DNA of 63,078 bases, filler included, from Dirinaria sp. TL-2023a (taxonomy: Eukaryota), in the NCBI GenBank assembly GCA_051941275.1. It is 7 parts of 7 records of this genome, joined end to end, with 100 filler letters (N's around TTAATTAATTAA, not from the genome) between each part and the next. Parts side by side here need not be neighbours in the genome. Positions count along the whole stretch, not along the records: positions 1 to 8,939 come from JAVEBF010001120.1; positions 9,040 to 17,977 come from JAVEBF010001121.1; 5 more parts are not named here. One strand, given 5' to 3'. A program made the translations under genes and the position numbers. The notes under the pieces were generated by a model that saw only the letters and a program-made list of their open reading frames with translations, was not told the origin of the DNA and did no database searches. Shown in pieces: positions 1-10,903 of the stretch (positions within the stretch are counted from its first letter, which is position 1; each line of letters starts with the position of its first letter).

Positions 1-1263
1 CCTTCTCTTTGCTCCTCACACCGCCCCGCCCACTCATCGTATCCATCTATCAATATCTCTCTCAAAAACCTTTTTCTAACGTCTTCAATCGACTCCAACG
101 ATGGCACGTTCGTGATGAAATCAGATCATCGTCCCCTCACGAAATCGTCGTTGCTTGAAACTCGTACTCTGTCTCGCAGAGAAATGGATAGACTTCATTC
201 CGGGGCATCGAAGAGATCGAATACATTAGCACGGAGAAAGGTGGATTTGGCGGGGAGGGTGGTGTGGTATGGCGGCAGTGGGAGCCAATATCTATTGGCT
301 GTCAGGGATTTTGAGATATAGAGTTCTATCTCCCAGATAGTATTAGTGTAATGTTGAATCGAAGAATGACGAACGAGAAATAAATAAAGATACCGATGCG
401 CTTGACGTGAAAGTCGGCTGTTAGTAAAGGCATGGCTCTCACCTGTAAGGTTGAGTATATAAGGGGAGATAAAGGCGCTGAGATGAGAAAAGGCGTTCAG
501 CAGACAAAACTATCGATATGAATTTCAATGTTTTAGGACAAGAAACCGGAGCAACAGTAACTCGTCGTGAAGATCATTAAAAACTGATAAACGAAGTTGC
601 TCGCACACTAATCCAAAATGGCAAAAGAAAAAGCGTAAACCGCTCACGCTGCCGCCCGCCGATGAGGAGCAGCCGTCATGCAAGAGCGATATGGTGTCGT
701 AGAGATCATATGCTTGGTACCAAAGCCGCTGGCTCTACGCTTTATTTCGCGTCTGCTTGGGATCTGATCGTTTCATGGGATGAAGGGGCGTCCGTTGGCT
801 TGATCAGCCGGTTTAGTATTCGCGATTTTTACCTTTTTAATTTTGCCATGGCGCTTCGCTTGTATATATGCGACTAATACACTGCTAGGAGTTTGGGATA
901 GAAGGAGTTGTAGGCTTGGAGGGTTCATGATATGGATTGGAAGACAGGATGAGATGATCAGGGTCTCGAACTGGGAACCAGGATGTGTAGGAATGCGAAG
1001 AGAAACGTGATTCATCTTTGCAAAAGGGTAGAATTCATTACCAGTGACTGTCTTTTGACAACTTCCATCCATGTGGAGAAAGGGTACATCACAGCAAAGA
1101 GCGACGGTAGATTTGAAGAGTAGCGAGAAGAGCGTACTGCGCTTGAACAATCAATTGCAGTAACGGGTTATGAGTCTGAGAGAATCGATTGAGGACTTGA
1201 GCTTGCGAGATGTGAAGCTTTTTGCGACTTCCCTTGTTTTGCGTTTCAATCGCTATCTCATCA

Positions 1264-2745
1264 CTAGTCTCGCAAGAACTTCAGCCAGATTCTGACCCTC
1301 CACAGCGTTGGTAGTACATCTGCAGTAAGCTCCGTATCCCGATCTCTGCTTTCCTTCTCCAGCTCATTTACACATTGCTGCAAGCGAGCTGCGTAGTGGT
1401 CGGAGAATAGGGCTGTCGGAAAGCGTTGGCATCCCTGTTCTCCAGCTTCTTCTGCAAAGTAAACGGAGTGCAAACTAGCATGAGCTGTATGCTCATGAAC
1501 CGAAAGGACAGTATATAGGAGTCCACAAGGAGTCTTAGCATGACCGTAATAGATTAGTCTTGAAGGAGCACCATTTGCAAAGTCCTTAGGGGAAATGCCA
1601 CCCAATGCTTTTCTGACCGTGCGTGGACTCCAGCAAGAGTTGTCTACCGATGCTGAAACATCAGCCAATAGGTGAGAGTTGGCCTGTGAGCCACTACGAA
1701 GAGTATCTTGTAGCGCTAAGGCTCGACAAGCGTTTATGAAATCCCCAGGTGCGACTTGCGTGGTAACTTTAAAAAAGCGTTGAAAATGGAACTTGCTCAA
1801 ATCGGCCATTCTGACCAGAGGCTCCAACTTCATAGCTGGCTTGCTCCAGCCTTGTGGTTTGTCAAAAACCTCAGCGATGATTGTACGAAGTACTTTGCAA
1901 ATTCTGAGAGGGCCAGATGTTTTTACGCCGTAAACCTCCGGGATGCATCTCTTGCATGGCCGGAAGTTGGCTTGCTCGGCGGCTTCGATGGCGCCAGGGA
2001 ACAGGAAGAATCGAACGTGACGACGGGATGGACGTCGCGAGGCGCAAGACGGTCTGCAGAATATTTTCGTGGTGAGAACCCCGTACAGAAAATAACGATC
2101 CGCCGCGCGTGATCGCGATTGTGTTGCATGCCAACGTTGGTTGTCTGTACTGAAATTATCGATTGGCTTCGCTTCAGACTCAGCATTGGGAGCTTGAAGG
2201 GGTGCGAAAGCTGGTGTCGAGTATGTAGTTGTATCCGGCGCCAGTATCTCACAATCACCAGAACCATTTACGGTGGATATGGTGTCAAATATGTTATGAG
2301 AAGTATCAGCGAATAATGTATTGAATTCGGACTCGTGTGTAGAGTGTTCTTCTTCGAAGAGGCTGTGTCCTGGAGAAAGTGTACCAATAAAGCTGGTTTC
2401 CAAATTGAACCTTTGAGAGTGTTCCTCGGGAACAGGCATATCTGGCGTAAATTCATAGGAAGGAGATCCGCAAAGATACTCCGAGGAGTTCAAGCCAATG
2501 CTAGGTGGACCGTATGAAGGTAATACATTTTCTGCGCCCTGGAAATCCGCCGGGCTTGCAGCCAGCGACGTGGTAAATGCGTAAGGCTCACCACAAGCAA
2601 GCACCGGTTCCGAAGGCAAATAAGTCAATTCATGGATGTGTTCGAAGTCGAACTCCGCAATTTGTTCATTCGTCGAAGAAGTCAGATCCTCGCTGGTGCT
2701 AGCATACCAAGACTGGGACTCAGGTGGCCAAACGGTGACAGACAT
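1264..2745 (-). CDS. Ada-like methylphosphotriester-DNA methyltransferase / AraC-type regulator with acidic N-terminal extension and truncated alkyltransferase remnant
   Basis: Intronless ORF, first ATG at 2745. Contains the Ada Zn-binding motif FLYGVLTTKIFCRPSC...FRPCKRC and an AraC-like HTH (LSKFHFQRFFK). The C-terminal region resembles the N-subdomain of the Ada O6-methylguanine methyltransferase but there is no PCHR motif. Confidence 0.88.
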   Translation of the reverse strand: MSVTVWPPESQSWYASTSEDLTSSTNEQIAEFDFEHIHELTYLPSEPVLACGEPYAFTTSLAASPADFQGAENVLPSYGPPSIGLNSSEYLCGSPSYEFTPDMPVPEEHSQRFNLETSFIGTLSPGHSLFEEEHSTHESEFNTLFADTSHNIFDTISTVNGSGDCEILAPDTTTYSTPAFAPLQAPNAESEAKPIDNFSTDNQRWHATQSRSRAADRYFLYGVLTTKIFCRPSCASRRPSRRHVRFFLFPGAIEAAEQANFRPCKRCIPEVYGVKTSGPLRICKVLRTIIAEVFDKPQGWSKPAMKLEPLVRMADLSKFHFQRFFKVTTQVAPGDFINACRALALQDTLRSGSQANSHLLADVSASVDNSCWSPRTVRKALGGISPKDFANGAPSRLIYYGHAKTPCGLLYTVLSVHEHTAHASLHSVYFAEEAGEQGCQRFPTALFSDHYAARLQQCVNELEKESRDRDTELTADVLPTLWRVRIWLKFLRD

Positions 2746-2918
2746 TCGTAAACCGTATTCCAAAGTGCAAGAGTGTGTTTTGACTTGAGATTTTTACAAT
2801 CACATCAAGCAACACCCGAGAGTCAACGAGGAGAACGTAATGGCTGTGCTCTTTTCCAGAGCCTATGGGTCGCGAGAAAGGAAATGATCTGCATAAGCCA
2901 CACTACGCTAAGCAAACA

Positions 2919-3127
2919 TTGGCAGCAATATCGAGCTTGAGATCCCTGTAGCAATTTTCATATGAATCAATGGGCGTGCGATGCGCTCACATGGTGCAAC
3001 ACATGAAGCAAATGAAATGGTCGGATCTCCCTTTACTCACCTTAAGCCAACAACTTTCCTTCCCTCGAACTTCCGCATACATATTTAGCAGCAAATTTTA
3101 GCTTTAGTAGACTGGAATTGCTGCCAA
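2919..3127. promoter_or_regulatory. Three TTRGCAGCAA motifs in the divergent promoter (2919-2928 +, 3085-3094 +, 3118-3127 -); candidate Ada-type operator
   Basis: Read directly: ttggcagcaa, ttagcagcaa, ttgctgccaa. The last two form an inverted pair. Each contains GCAA, the Ada B-box core. Function is inferred. Confidence 0.35.
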
Positions 3128-3288
3128 AATGGACTTCCATCGCTTGCCATCGCTAGACAGTGAACGATAGTATATAGGATCGCATATGCCAACTGTAGAG
3201 TTGACATGGACACGAAGGAAGAGCAGCATTACCATCTCTACAATCCATCATATCCATCCGATCCGAGAAGGAGCCGAAGCCGTACACA

Positions 3289-3924
3289 ATGCACAGAGCC
3301 GTCACACCCGCAATCCACTACTGGGGCACTCCGGTCCTCATCCTCTCCACAACCAACCCCGACGGAAGCACAAATCTCGCCCCCATGTCGTCGGCCTGGT
3401 GGCTGGGACAGCACTGTATGCTCGGGCTTTCGGCCGAATCACAGACTACGATCAACCTCAAGCGTACCAAACAGTGCGTCTTGAATCTTGCCTCCGAAGA
3501 CATGGTACCGCAGATCAATACCCTTGCCAAAACATCCGGAAGGCGGGATTTATCGCCTTTCAAGCTGGCCGCTGGGTATCGGTTTGTGAAGGATAAGTTT
3601 GAGCTCTCGAAGCTGACACGCATGGCTTCGGAGTTGGTGAAGCCGCCACGAGTGGCGGAGTGTAAAGTGCAGATGGAAGCAGAATTGGTGGCTGTTCATG
3701 AGATGAATGGTGATGATGAGGATATGCGGGGATTTTTTCTGGCGATTGAGGTCAAGATTCTGTGCACGTATGCACAAGAGAGCTTGCTACAGAAAAAAAA
3801 TGCGAGCAGAGTCGATGCTGATAGCTGGAAACCGATGGTCAATATTTTTCAGCATTTGTACGGATTGAGTCCGAGGCTGCCGCCGTGCAGATTGGCGGAG
3901 ATTGACGAGGAGATGTATAGGTGA
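3289..3924 (+). CDS. Flavin reductase-like FMN-binding split-barrel protein (DIM6/NTAB family)
   Basis: Intronless 211 aa. YWGTPVLILST.N.DG..NLAPMSS, SQT..NL.RT.QCVLN and VKPPRVAEC..QME motifs are typical of the family. Confidence 0.88.
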   Translation: MHRAVTPAIHYWGTPVLILSTTNPDGSTNLAPMSSAWWLGQHCMLGLSAESQTTINLKRTKQCVLNLASEDMVPQINTLAKTSGRRDLSPFKLAAGYRFVKDKFELSKLTRMASELVKPPRVAECKVQMEAELVAVHEMNGDDEDMRGFFLAIEVKILCTYAQESLLQKKNASRVDADSWKPMVNIFQHLYGLSPRLPPCRLAEIDEEMYR

Positions 3925-5498
3925 GATGTCTCCGATAGTGGCATTTGATGTTAGCAACCACTTGGTAAAGCACGCAGCAACTCGTTTCTGCGAATGGTGC
4001 CTAGATGACTATCAGATTCCCAAGATAATAGCAGGAGATTCTTCATCAGAGCAATCGAGTTGAGAGACTAAGGCAGAGACTCGCGCGCGTCTGCGCGTTA
4101 ATTGTAGTCAGTTGCAGAGCGACCAAGGTACCGTGCTGTATTGACACACTCATCCTCAACTGTACCAGCAGCTTGGCATGCGGACATCTTGCTGGGATAA
4201 AAATCGAGGAGACAATATCACAAATCCTGGGCGGATACAGGGGTGGCATCCGCGTGCTGCTTTGTAAGAAGGATTTCGATGGTCTGTCGAGAACGACAAA
4301 GGGATCAGCAACTCCAGCAACCAAGCTATCATCAGAAAACTAATTTCAAACGAAGGCACATAGAGTTGAAAGGCGATTGGTCATACAGTAGGGGAAGGAA
4401 TGACGAGTCCACCTCCACAAGTTCGAGGGAGTGTGTTGAACCGGGTAGGTAGGCTGACCCTGATTACTGAACAAACCATGTACTCTAGAACGATCTTCAA
4501 GAGTTCCTCGTTCGGTTCGCCATCGAATGAACGAACAGCTCCAGCTCTGACTTTACTTACAGCATGCATTCAATTCCCTTCACTTTTGTATAACAATTAA
4601 CATCGAGGACCCGAATTCCATCTACTAAGACTCGAAATCGAGGTGTCGTCCCTTAAACTGAATGGATTACGAAATGTAGACCACTGAGCCAAATGCTTAA
4701 GCTTCATTGGCTCCTGAGCCATAGAGGGGTCTGGGAGGCCTGAGGGATCGTATTCGGAATCATGTTGCGAGCTCGTGTAGTGGTTATGAGGTTTTGGGTT
4801 TAGGGAGCTGTCAAGATCTCCGATCGGTTGTCGAGTCTGCCAAGCCATTACTAAGTAGAGGACATGTAGGAAGCCGAGGCCAGGGGGGGCTGGAGTAAGT
4901 TACTCGGGGTACTCGGTAGGGGCGCTTACGGGGGAACTGGTGGGTTGAAGATCGCATCGAAGCCCGGCGAGCCCGGCTACTTAGCTAAGCGCCGTTCCTA
5001 AGATGTGTAAGGTATACTTTACCTATACCTTACCTATACCTTACCTACAGTATAGTGGGTACCTTACTTGTCTCACTGCGATCATATCGCACATCATTCA
5101 TATCACTTTCCTACCAACTGTAATCTGAGAACCAATGGGATTCAACACCAAATTGCACCAGAGTCCCATGCTGAGGCTCCTACTTTACCTTACATGTAAA
5201 GTACCTTGACCAGAAAATCTTCGACGGGGAGCGAATGCCCCGCTATGATGTCACAGCTACAGCGTTACCTGCTCTTCATCTTCAGAAGCTCTGAAAATGA
5301 ATGAATGCGTCACATGTGCATGACGAGGTCCTGCTCTTGATCCGTAAGGTAAAGTTGTCTTGCCTTATTGAATCCATGCCGTTACTGCACTTCAACTCAA
5401 TTCGACCCGTATCCCAATACCCTCTTCAAACTGTCAAATCCCATTTTCGGACTCATCAGGCTGTTCGGAACACCGCATTGGGATACCACTTTGCAACC

Positions 5499-6707
5499 AT
5501 GGCCGACGACAAGGTAACCTCGTAAGCAACCACCTCTCTTACCTCGTCTGAACACGCGAATAACCTGTCTCGGATCCTGTAGAAAAACCTTCACGCTCAA
5601 TACTGGCGATAAGATTCCAGCCATTGGCCTGGGAACCTGGAAATCCTCTCCTAACGACGTGCGGGACGCCGTGCGAGTCGCCCTCCAAAAAGGCTACCGC
5701 CACATCGATACTGCGCTGGCATACGGGAACGAGCACGAGGTAGGGCAAGGGATACGTGACTCCGGTGTCCCCAGGGATCAGATCTGGGTCACTACGAAGC
5801 TGGACAATACATGGCACCACATCGTGGAGAAGGGTATCGACACAAGCTTGAAAAGTTTGGACATGGATTACGTGGATTTGTACCTCATCGTGAGTTTGTC
5901 CAAAACGTCTATGAAGTCGGAAGAATCGAAGAGAGGAATTAGCTGGTAAGGCTGCTGAAAGAAGCATGCGCTGACGGGCACTAGCACTGGCCTTCGTCTA
6001 CCGATCCTGATGACACGCAAAAACACCTTCCGGATTGGAACTTCATTGATACCTGGTAAACTGGTTTCTTATCTCTTCGTTCTATACTTCCGTCTGAAAT
6101 ATCTTCTAGGCGGGAGATGCAAAGGCTACCTTCAACAGGCAAAGTCCGGAACATCGGGATCTCTAATTTCGCCATCCGTAACCTCGAGAAACTTCTTGCG
6201 GACCCTTCCTGCAAGACCATCCCCGCCGTCAATCAAATCGAGCTTCACCCTAACAACCCGAGCCCGAAGCTCGTGCAGTATTGCACCGAGAAGGGTATTC
6301 ATTGTACAGGCTACAGCTGTCTCGGAAGCACAGACAGTCCACTGTACAAGGATCCTACGCTTTTGAAGATGTCGGAAGCAGTCGGGAGAACACCGCAGCA
6401 GGTCAGCCCCCTTGCCATTTTTCCTTTGAAAGATCAACCGATTGCACTGTCTTCTTCCCTTCCGTACTTGGTTTGATATCGGTACATGCTCATCGTAGCG
6501 CAGATACTTCTAGCGTGGGGCATCCAGCATGGATGGAGCGTAATCCCGAAGTCGGTGAACGCGGCACGGATTGAGAAGAACTTTGACCTTGATGGGTGGA
6601 GCTTGTCAGAGGAGGAGATAAACAAATTGGACAATCTCAAGGACCGTTTCAAGGTTTGTAAAGATGGATGGCTGCCGGTGAAGGTCTTTTTCGGCGACGA
6701 TGAGTAA
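5499..6707 (+). CDS. NADP-dependent aldo-keto reductase (GCY1 / glycerol dehydrogenase-like), 5 exons
   Basis: Spliced model MADDKVTS|KTFTLNTGDKIPAIGLGTW...GYRHIDTA..Y...TTKL...DLYLI|HWP...GKVRNIGISNF...NQIELHP...IPKS. GT-AG introns at about 5522-5582, 5889-5984, 6056-6109 and 6402-6503. Confidence 0.95.
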
Positions 6708-7442
6708 GCTCGACTGGACGATCTTCTCGGTTGTTGTAGCAGAGGATCCAGAACACCCTCTCTTCACAATGATACTCATTTGTGGTTCAGGCTACAGACG
6801 CTGAGAACATGACGGGGCGCACATTTGTACGTGTGACCTGTTTTCTTTACAGGAGAATCTATCCCTCAGCCTTGATAGATGCCATGAGTAGTGAAACGAT
6901 TTCTTGGGGTCTAACATCCGCCCTGAAATACCTAAAGGCGAAAAAGTGCTGAGTAATCGGATGTGCCGAGACGTCCCCAAACTCCATGTGAAAATTCCAC
7001 CAACAGCCAAACTTGGATATAAAATCCCTAAAGTTTCAACATGCATAAGCATATAACAACCAGCAGGGAAGCTACTACCAGGGACACCTACTTAGGTACC
7101 AATATTTCTAAGAGAAGCGTAGGGACCTCATAAGGTACTTCTGGAATGGTTGCTCCTACCCTATCTTCTCTCGCGCTACGTACATGTAGATTGAGGGTCA
7201 CAGTCCTGGGGGCTCCCTCCGCTTCGTCGATGGATTACGCTTGTTCCGATGTACCTACGAATCCTTCTATCACCTCCTTTTCTTTTCAAATTCCCCATGT
7301 TTTTCTAGCTCAACCCCTTAACTACTAAAACATGCTACAGCGCTACTACTCCACATAAGTAAGGCTTGGCGATATCTTTATGCTTGCCCAACTTCGAGCA
7401 ATCATTATCATCGTCATATCTAAAAATCACGACAGCGCCGCT

Positions 7443-8658
7443 ATGCCTGAAGAAGGAGAATTTGACCTCTTCCTAGGATACCATAGTCAAGGATCCGACG
7501 CTCTTTTCAGGTTTACGCCTGCGCAATACAAAGACGGGCTGGCTGCTGATACACGTGGGACAGCTAACCCATCTGTCATGGAAAAACCGTACTGGAAGTA
7601 TGTGATCAGTCGAATGGAGGGAGCGTCGGAGGTTCGTGAGACTCTTTCGCACGATCCCTTCTTTCAAAATATCGTATCTGAGCACCGAGGGCCCCAATGG
7701 TGCTTCGACCGATACGGGATGACATTCACAAGAATCCCTGACGGCCGTCTCATCTGTATTGGCGGCGCCCACGGAGGTGTTGATAACCCGGATCATTGCG
7801 TTTACAACGGTGAGTATTGAAGCCACTGGTTCCGTATAAGAAAACTCTATTGTTCCACAGGGAACTCAAGCACCAGCAAGTCATTGGCACGAAGATGACT
7901 AGATGTGACGGTCATCTCCGCACCTCCGCCAAACCACCTGGTGAAGACCAAAGAAGAACTATGCGATCCTTCGGATTGGTCCCCGCCTAATGACGAAGAG
8001 GAGACTGTCTTCGTCGAAAGCAAGAGGACTTCACTACTGACTCCACGCTGCATGGCAATATACGGGTATGTCCGCTCCAATCATCCTCTTCCCCCCCCCC
8101 GGCGAAAGTTCCAGCCATTCATTCTGACGCCTCAGCAGCTATCCTACATCAGTTCTTCCTCCAGTGAGTTTCCACACCGCATCATACTTAGTAGACCCAG
8201 CGACGGGCAAAGAGTGCATCTTTATCATCGGGGGCGTAGGATACACGGGCTCTGCTTCTCACAACCAGACCGATGTGTATCGCCTCGATCTCAGCGACTT
8301 CAGCATCCATCGGCTCCAGACTTTGGGGGAACCTCCGAAGGGAGGGATGTTTTCCCACGAGGCTAGCGTGCTTGGGGGGGAAGGTGGCCCTCTGATCCAG
8401 ATGGTTACGAAGGAGGATGAGACGTGTGCTTTGCAGGTCGCGGACTTGACTTGGTTGGGAACGAGCTCGTCGTGGGCTGAGGATCCGTCGTCTGGCTCTG
8501 AGGAATCGTCGACTGAATATTTGTCGGATGAGGAATCGGCTGCTGAGGAGTCGGCGGCTGAGGAATCGCCGGCTAAGCAATCTTCTACTGAGGAATCGTC
8601 CGCTGGGGGGTCGTTGGCTGAGGAATCGCCGGTTGAGGAGTTGTCGACCAGGGACTGA
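7443..8658 (+). CDS. Kelch-like beta-propeller-type hypothetical protein with acidic repeat tail, 3 exons
   Basis: GPQWCFDRYGMTFTRIPDGRLICIGG..H...YN|DV, IYG|YP..LPP.SFHTA, FIIGGVGY and VYRLDL motifs join in frame across introns 7810-7902 and about 8067-8138. Confidence 0.7.
8476..8650 (+). repeat. Degenerate 15-bp coding tandem repeat (GAGGAATCGNCNGCT-like) encoding EES(S/A/P)x
   Basis: Repeated ctgaggaatcg / gaggagtcg units visible in the sequence. Confidence 0.85.
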
Positions 8659-8939
8659 TCGATCGAATAAGAAACACTGGAAACAGATTCGGGGGATCGG
8701 AATACTAAAAGCTTAAAGGCATATGGAATATGGCTAACAAGCAGCATTGCAGTATTGGATTCAACTTTTCTTTTGAACCGTATATGATAGAATCTCTGCA
8801 TTAATTGCCTTTTTTTTTGTTTTGTTTTTTTGTTACTTTCTTTTTTGGGGGGGATCCAGCTCTCATACACAGAAAAGTTACCTATTTACTAAATCCGAGC
8901 CGAGAAACTTGCGGCATCCATCTAGCCTTTCCCAGAACA

Positions 8940-9039
8940 NNNNNNNNNNNNNNNNNNNNNNNNNNNNNNNNNNNNNNNNNNNNTTAATTAATTAANNNNN
9001 NNNNNNNNNNNNNNNNNNNNNNNNNNNNNNNNNNNNNNN
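8940..9039. other. Artificial contig linker N44-TTAATTAATTAA-N44
   Basis: Six-frame stop linker flanked by Ns, identical at all six junctions. Confidence 0.99.
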
Positions 9040-9471
9040 GGAACCCTGCCTGGCCATGCAGCTTACGGTGCCGGTTGTATGGTTGAACCTAAATTTATGT
9101 AGCTAGACCCCACATTTATTGTTACAACACATTCAAATGCACGTCTTTTTTAGAGATCACACGGTCTGAAAAATTTCCCACTCACACCCCCAATGGTCCC
9201 GACACACTTGCCGTTCTCATTCTGAATCTGACCATCTCTATTTTGTTTGTGTCGTTGCTTTCATCTTTGTGTTTTCATTACCTCACATCAATTTCATAGC
9301 CGCCACTTCCAACTCAGACCAACCCGTTGGCAATAGTGAAAATCTCAAAATAGTCTCTTAAGCGCGCTGCTTATTGGGAGAGGCGCTTGTGCCGGTGCGA
9401 GCAGGTCACTCCGCCGCTCCCAGGCAGTCCTCTGCTCGCCGTATCGATTTTGGAGGGGTCGACTTCCAGGC

Positions 9472-10903
9472 ATGTCCCATGTGGAGGAGCCAGATCCAAT
9501 CCCGAAGACAGAAAACTCGGAAGTCGAGTCCTTCTCCGACTCCTCAGCCGAGCCTGATGACCCCAACTTCATTCACGAAGAAGTCACTCAGGTGCAGAAG
9601 CGCAAGGGTGGACGCAAGCCCGTATGGCCTGCAACTCTGCATGAGTGGTTCACGCTAAATCCCGCTCACAGATCTATGCCACATCGGAGGAAAGAAAGCA
9701 GCGGAACAGACAGGCCCAGGCAGCGTTCAGAGAGCGGCGGACGGAATATATCAAGCAATTAGAGGCAACCATCAAGCACCATGAGGAAACGCTGCAAAGC
9801 CTGCAGCAAAGTCATCGCTCCGCTGCAGATGAGTGTCTCATGCTCCGATACAAGAATTCGCTGTTAGAACGCATCCTGCTCGAAAAAGGTATGCCGGATA
9901 TGCCCAGTCGCCATACCCCGACTCACAATATTCAGGAATCGACGTCCAGGCGGAGTTGAAGTCGAAAACAGAGGCTTCTCACCTTCCCCCGAACCACGGG
10001 GCACCACCGGCAATGAACCATCCACCGCCGACCCACAGAGCTATCATAAATCGTCATAGCCAGGCACGACGCTCTGTATCCAGCATTGCATCGAAACCCG
10101 CTTTTGCTCAGCCTTCGCCGACAAGTGCAATCACCAAACAGTCCCCCAGATTGCAACCGACACCCCCTTCCCAGGCCATGTCACCGACAGCGACCAAGTC
10201 CCCAGCGGGCTTAATCCAAGGTGGGATGACCTCACCCGGCGTGGACATGCAAGCTCAGCGACAGCAACAGCCGCCGCGTAGAGTACAGCAGCCGCCTCCG
10301 CAACGACCTAGCATATCTACCAGTGTAGCAGGGCTTCAGGTGCAGCACCAAATTCCCGTCAGCCGGAGCGGTCCGACGAGCAACGAGATGGCAAGTTCAA
10401 CGAGCTCCCAAACGAGCTATTATCCGTCTCCTTTTCAAACTCATTACGAGCAACTCGGCAAGCTGACCCCCTCCATCCCCTTCCCCTTTTTTTCTATAGA
10501 ACTTTGTTCGTCCTAGGTTGATTCCGTGAGTACAGAACAGGAGTACGATGCGCATGCCGACATGCTCGACGACCAAGATCCCAGCGATCAGTCCGCCACA
10601 GGGCCGGGCCCATATCCAAATCAATTTCATCACCCACCGAGTCACTCTCATCACCTACCTCACAGTCAGCCACCAATTCCCCCAATCCCACCAGTGCACC
10701 AAATGCCGTCCCTCCAGCCTGCACCGCCAATGCAACCTCCGTCAACATCTCCGATGGCCGACCCTAACAACCCCGGGCTGAGCGAAATGAACCAGCCATT
10801 CGATCCTTACGATCCGATCCTTGACGCGGATCCTTTTGGGTTGACGGCCAGTATGCACTTCCCAACGCAATTCAGCTTTCAGGAAAGCTCGATGCGACAA
10901 TGA
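9472..10903 (+). CDS. bZIP transcription factor, Neurospora ada-1 (all development altered-1)-like, 4 exons
   Basis: QKRKGGRKP|IYATSEERKQRNRQAQAAFRERRTEYIKQLE...DECLMLRYKNSLLERILLEKG|IDVQAEL, with C-terminal DADPFGLTASMHFPT. Introns 9622-9671, 9889-9935 and 10458-10535 (GC-AG). Confidence 0.9.

Noticed and set aside
1..321. Open + frame running from the window start to TAG 321, possibly the 3' end of a gene
   Set aside because: No recognisable motif; cannot be supported.
773..1150. ORF downstream of the Ada-like gene as the missing alkyltransferase exon
   Set aside because: No PCHR or alkyltransferase-like sequence and no convincing splice join.
4046..4848. Minus-strand ORF fragments with an F-box-like phrase (PNEELLKIVLEY)
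   Set aside because: Too short and fragmented; may be a relic but not demonstrable.
8984..8995. Regularly spaced TTAATTAATTAA palindromes as a biological repeat or CRISPR-like array
   Set aside because: Artificial six-frame stop linker embedded in N runs.
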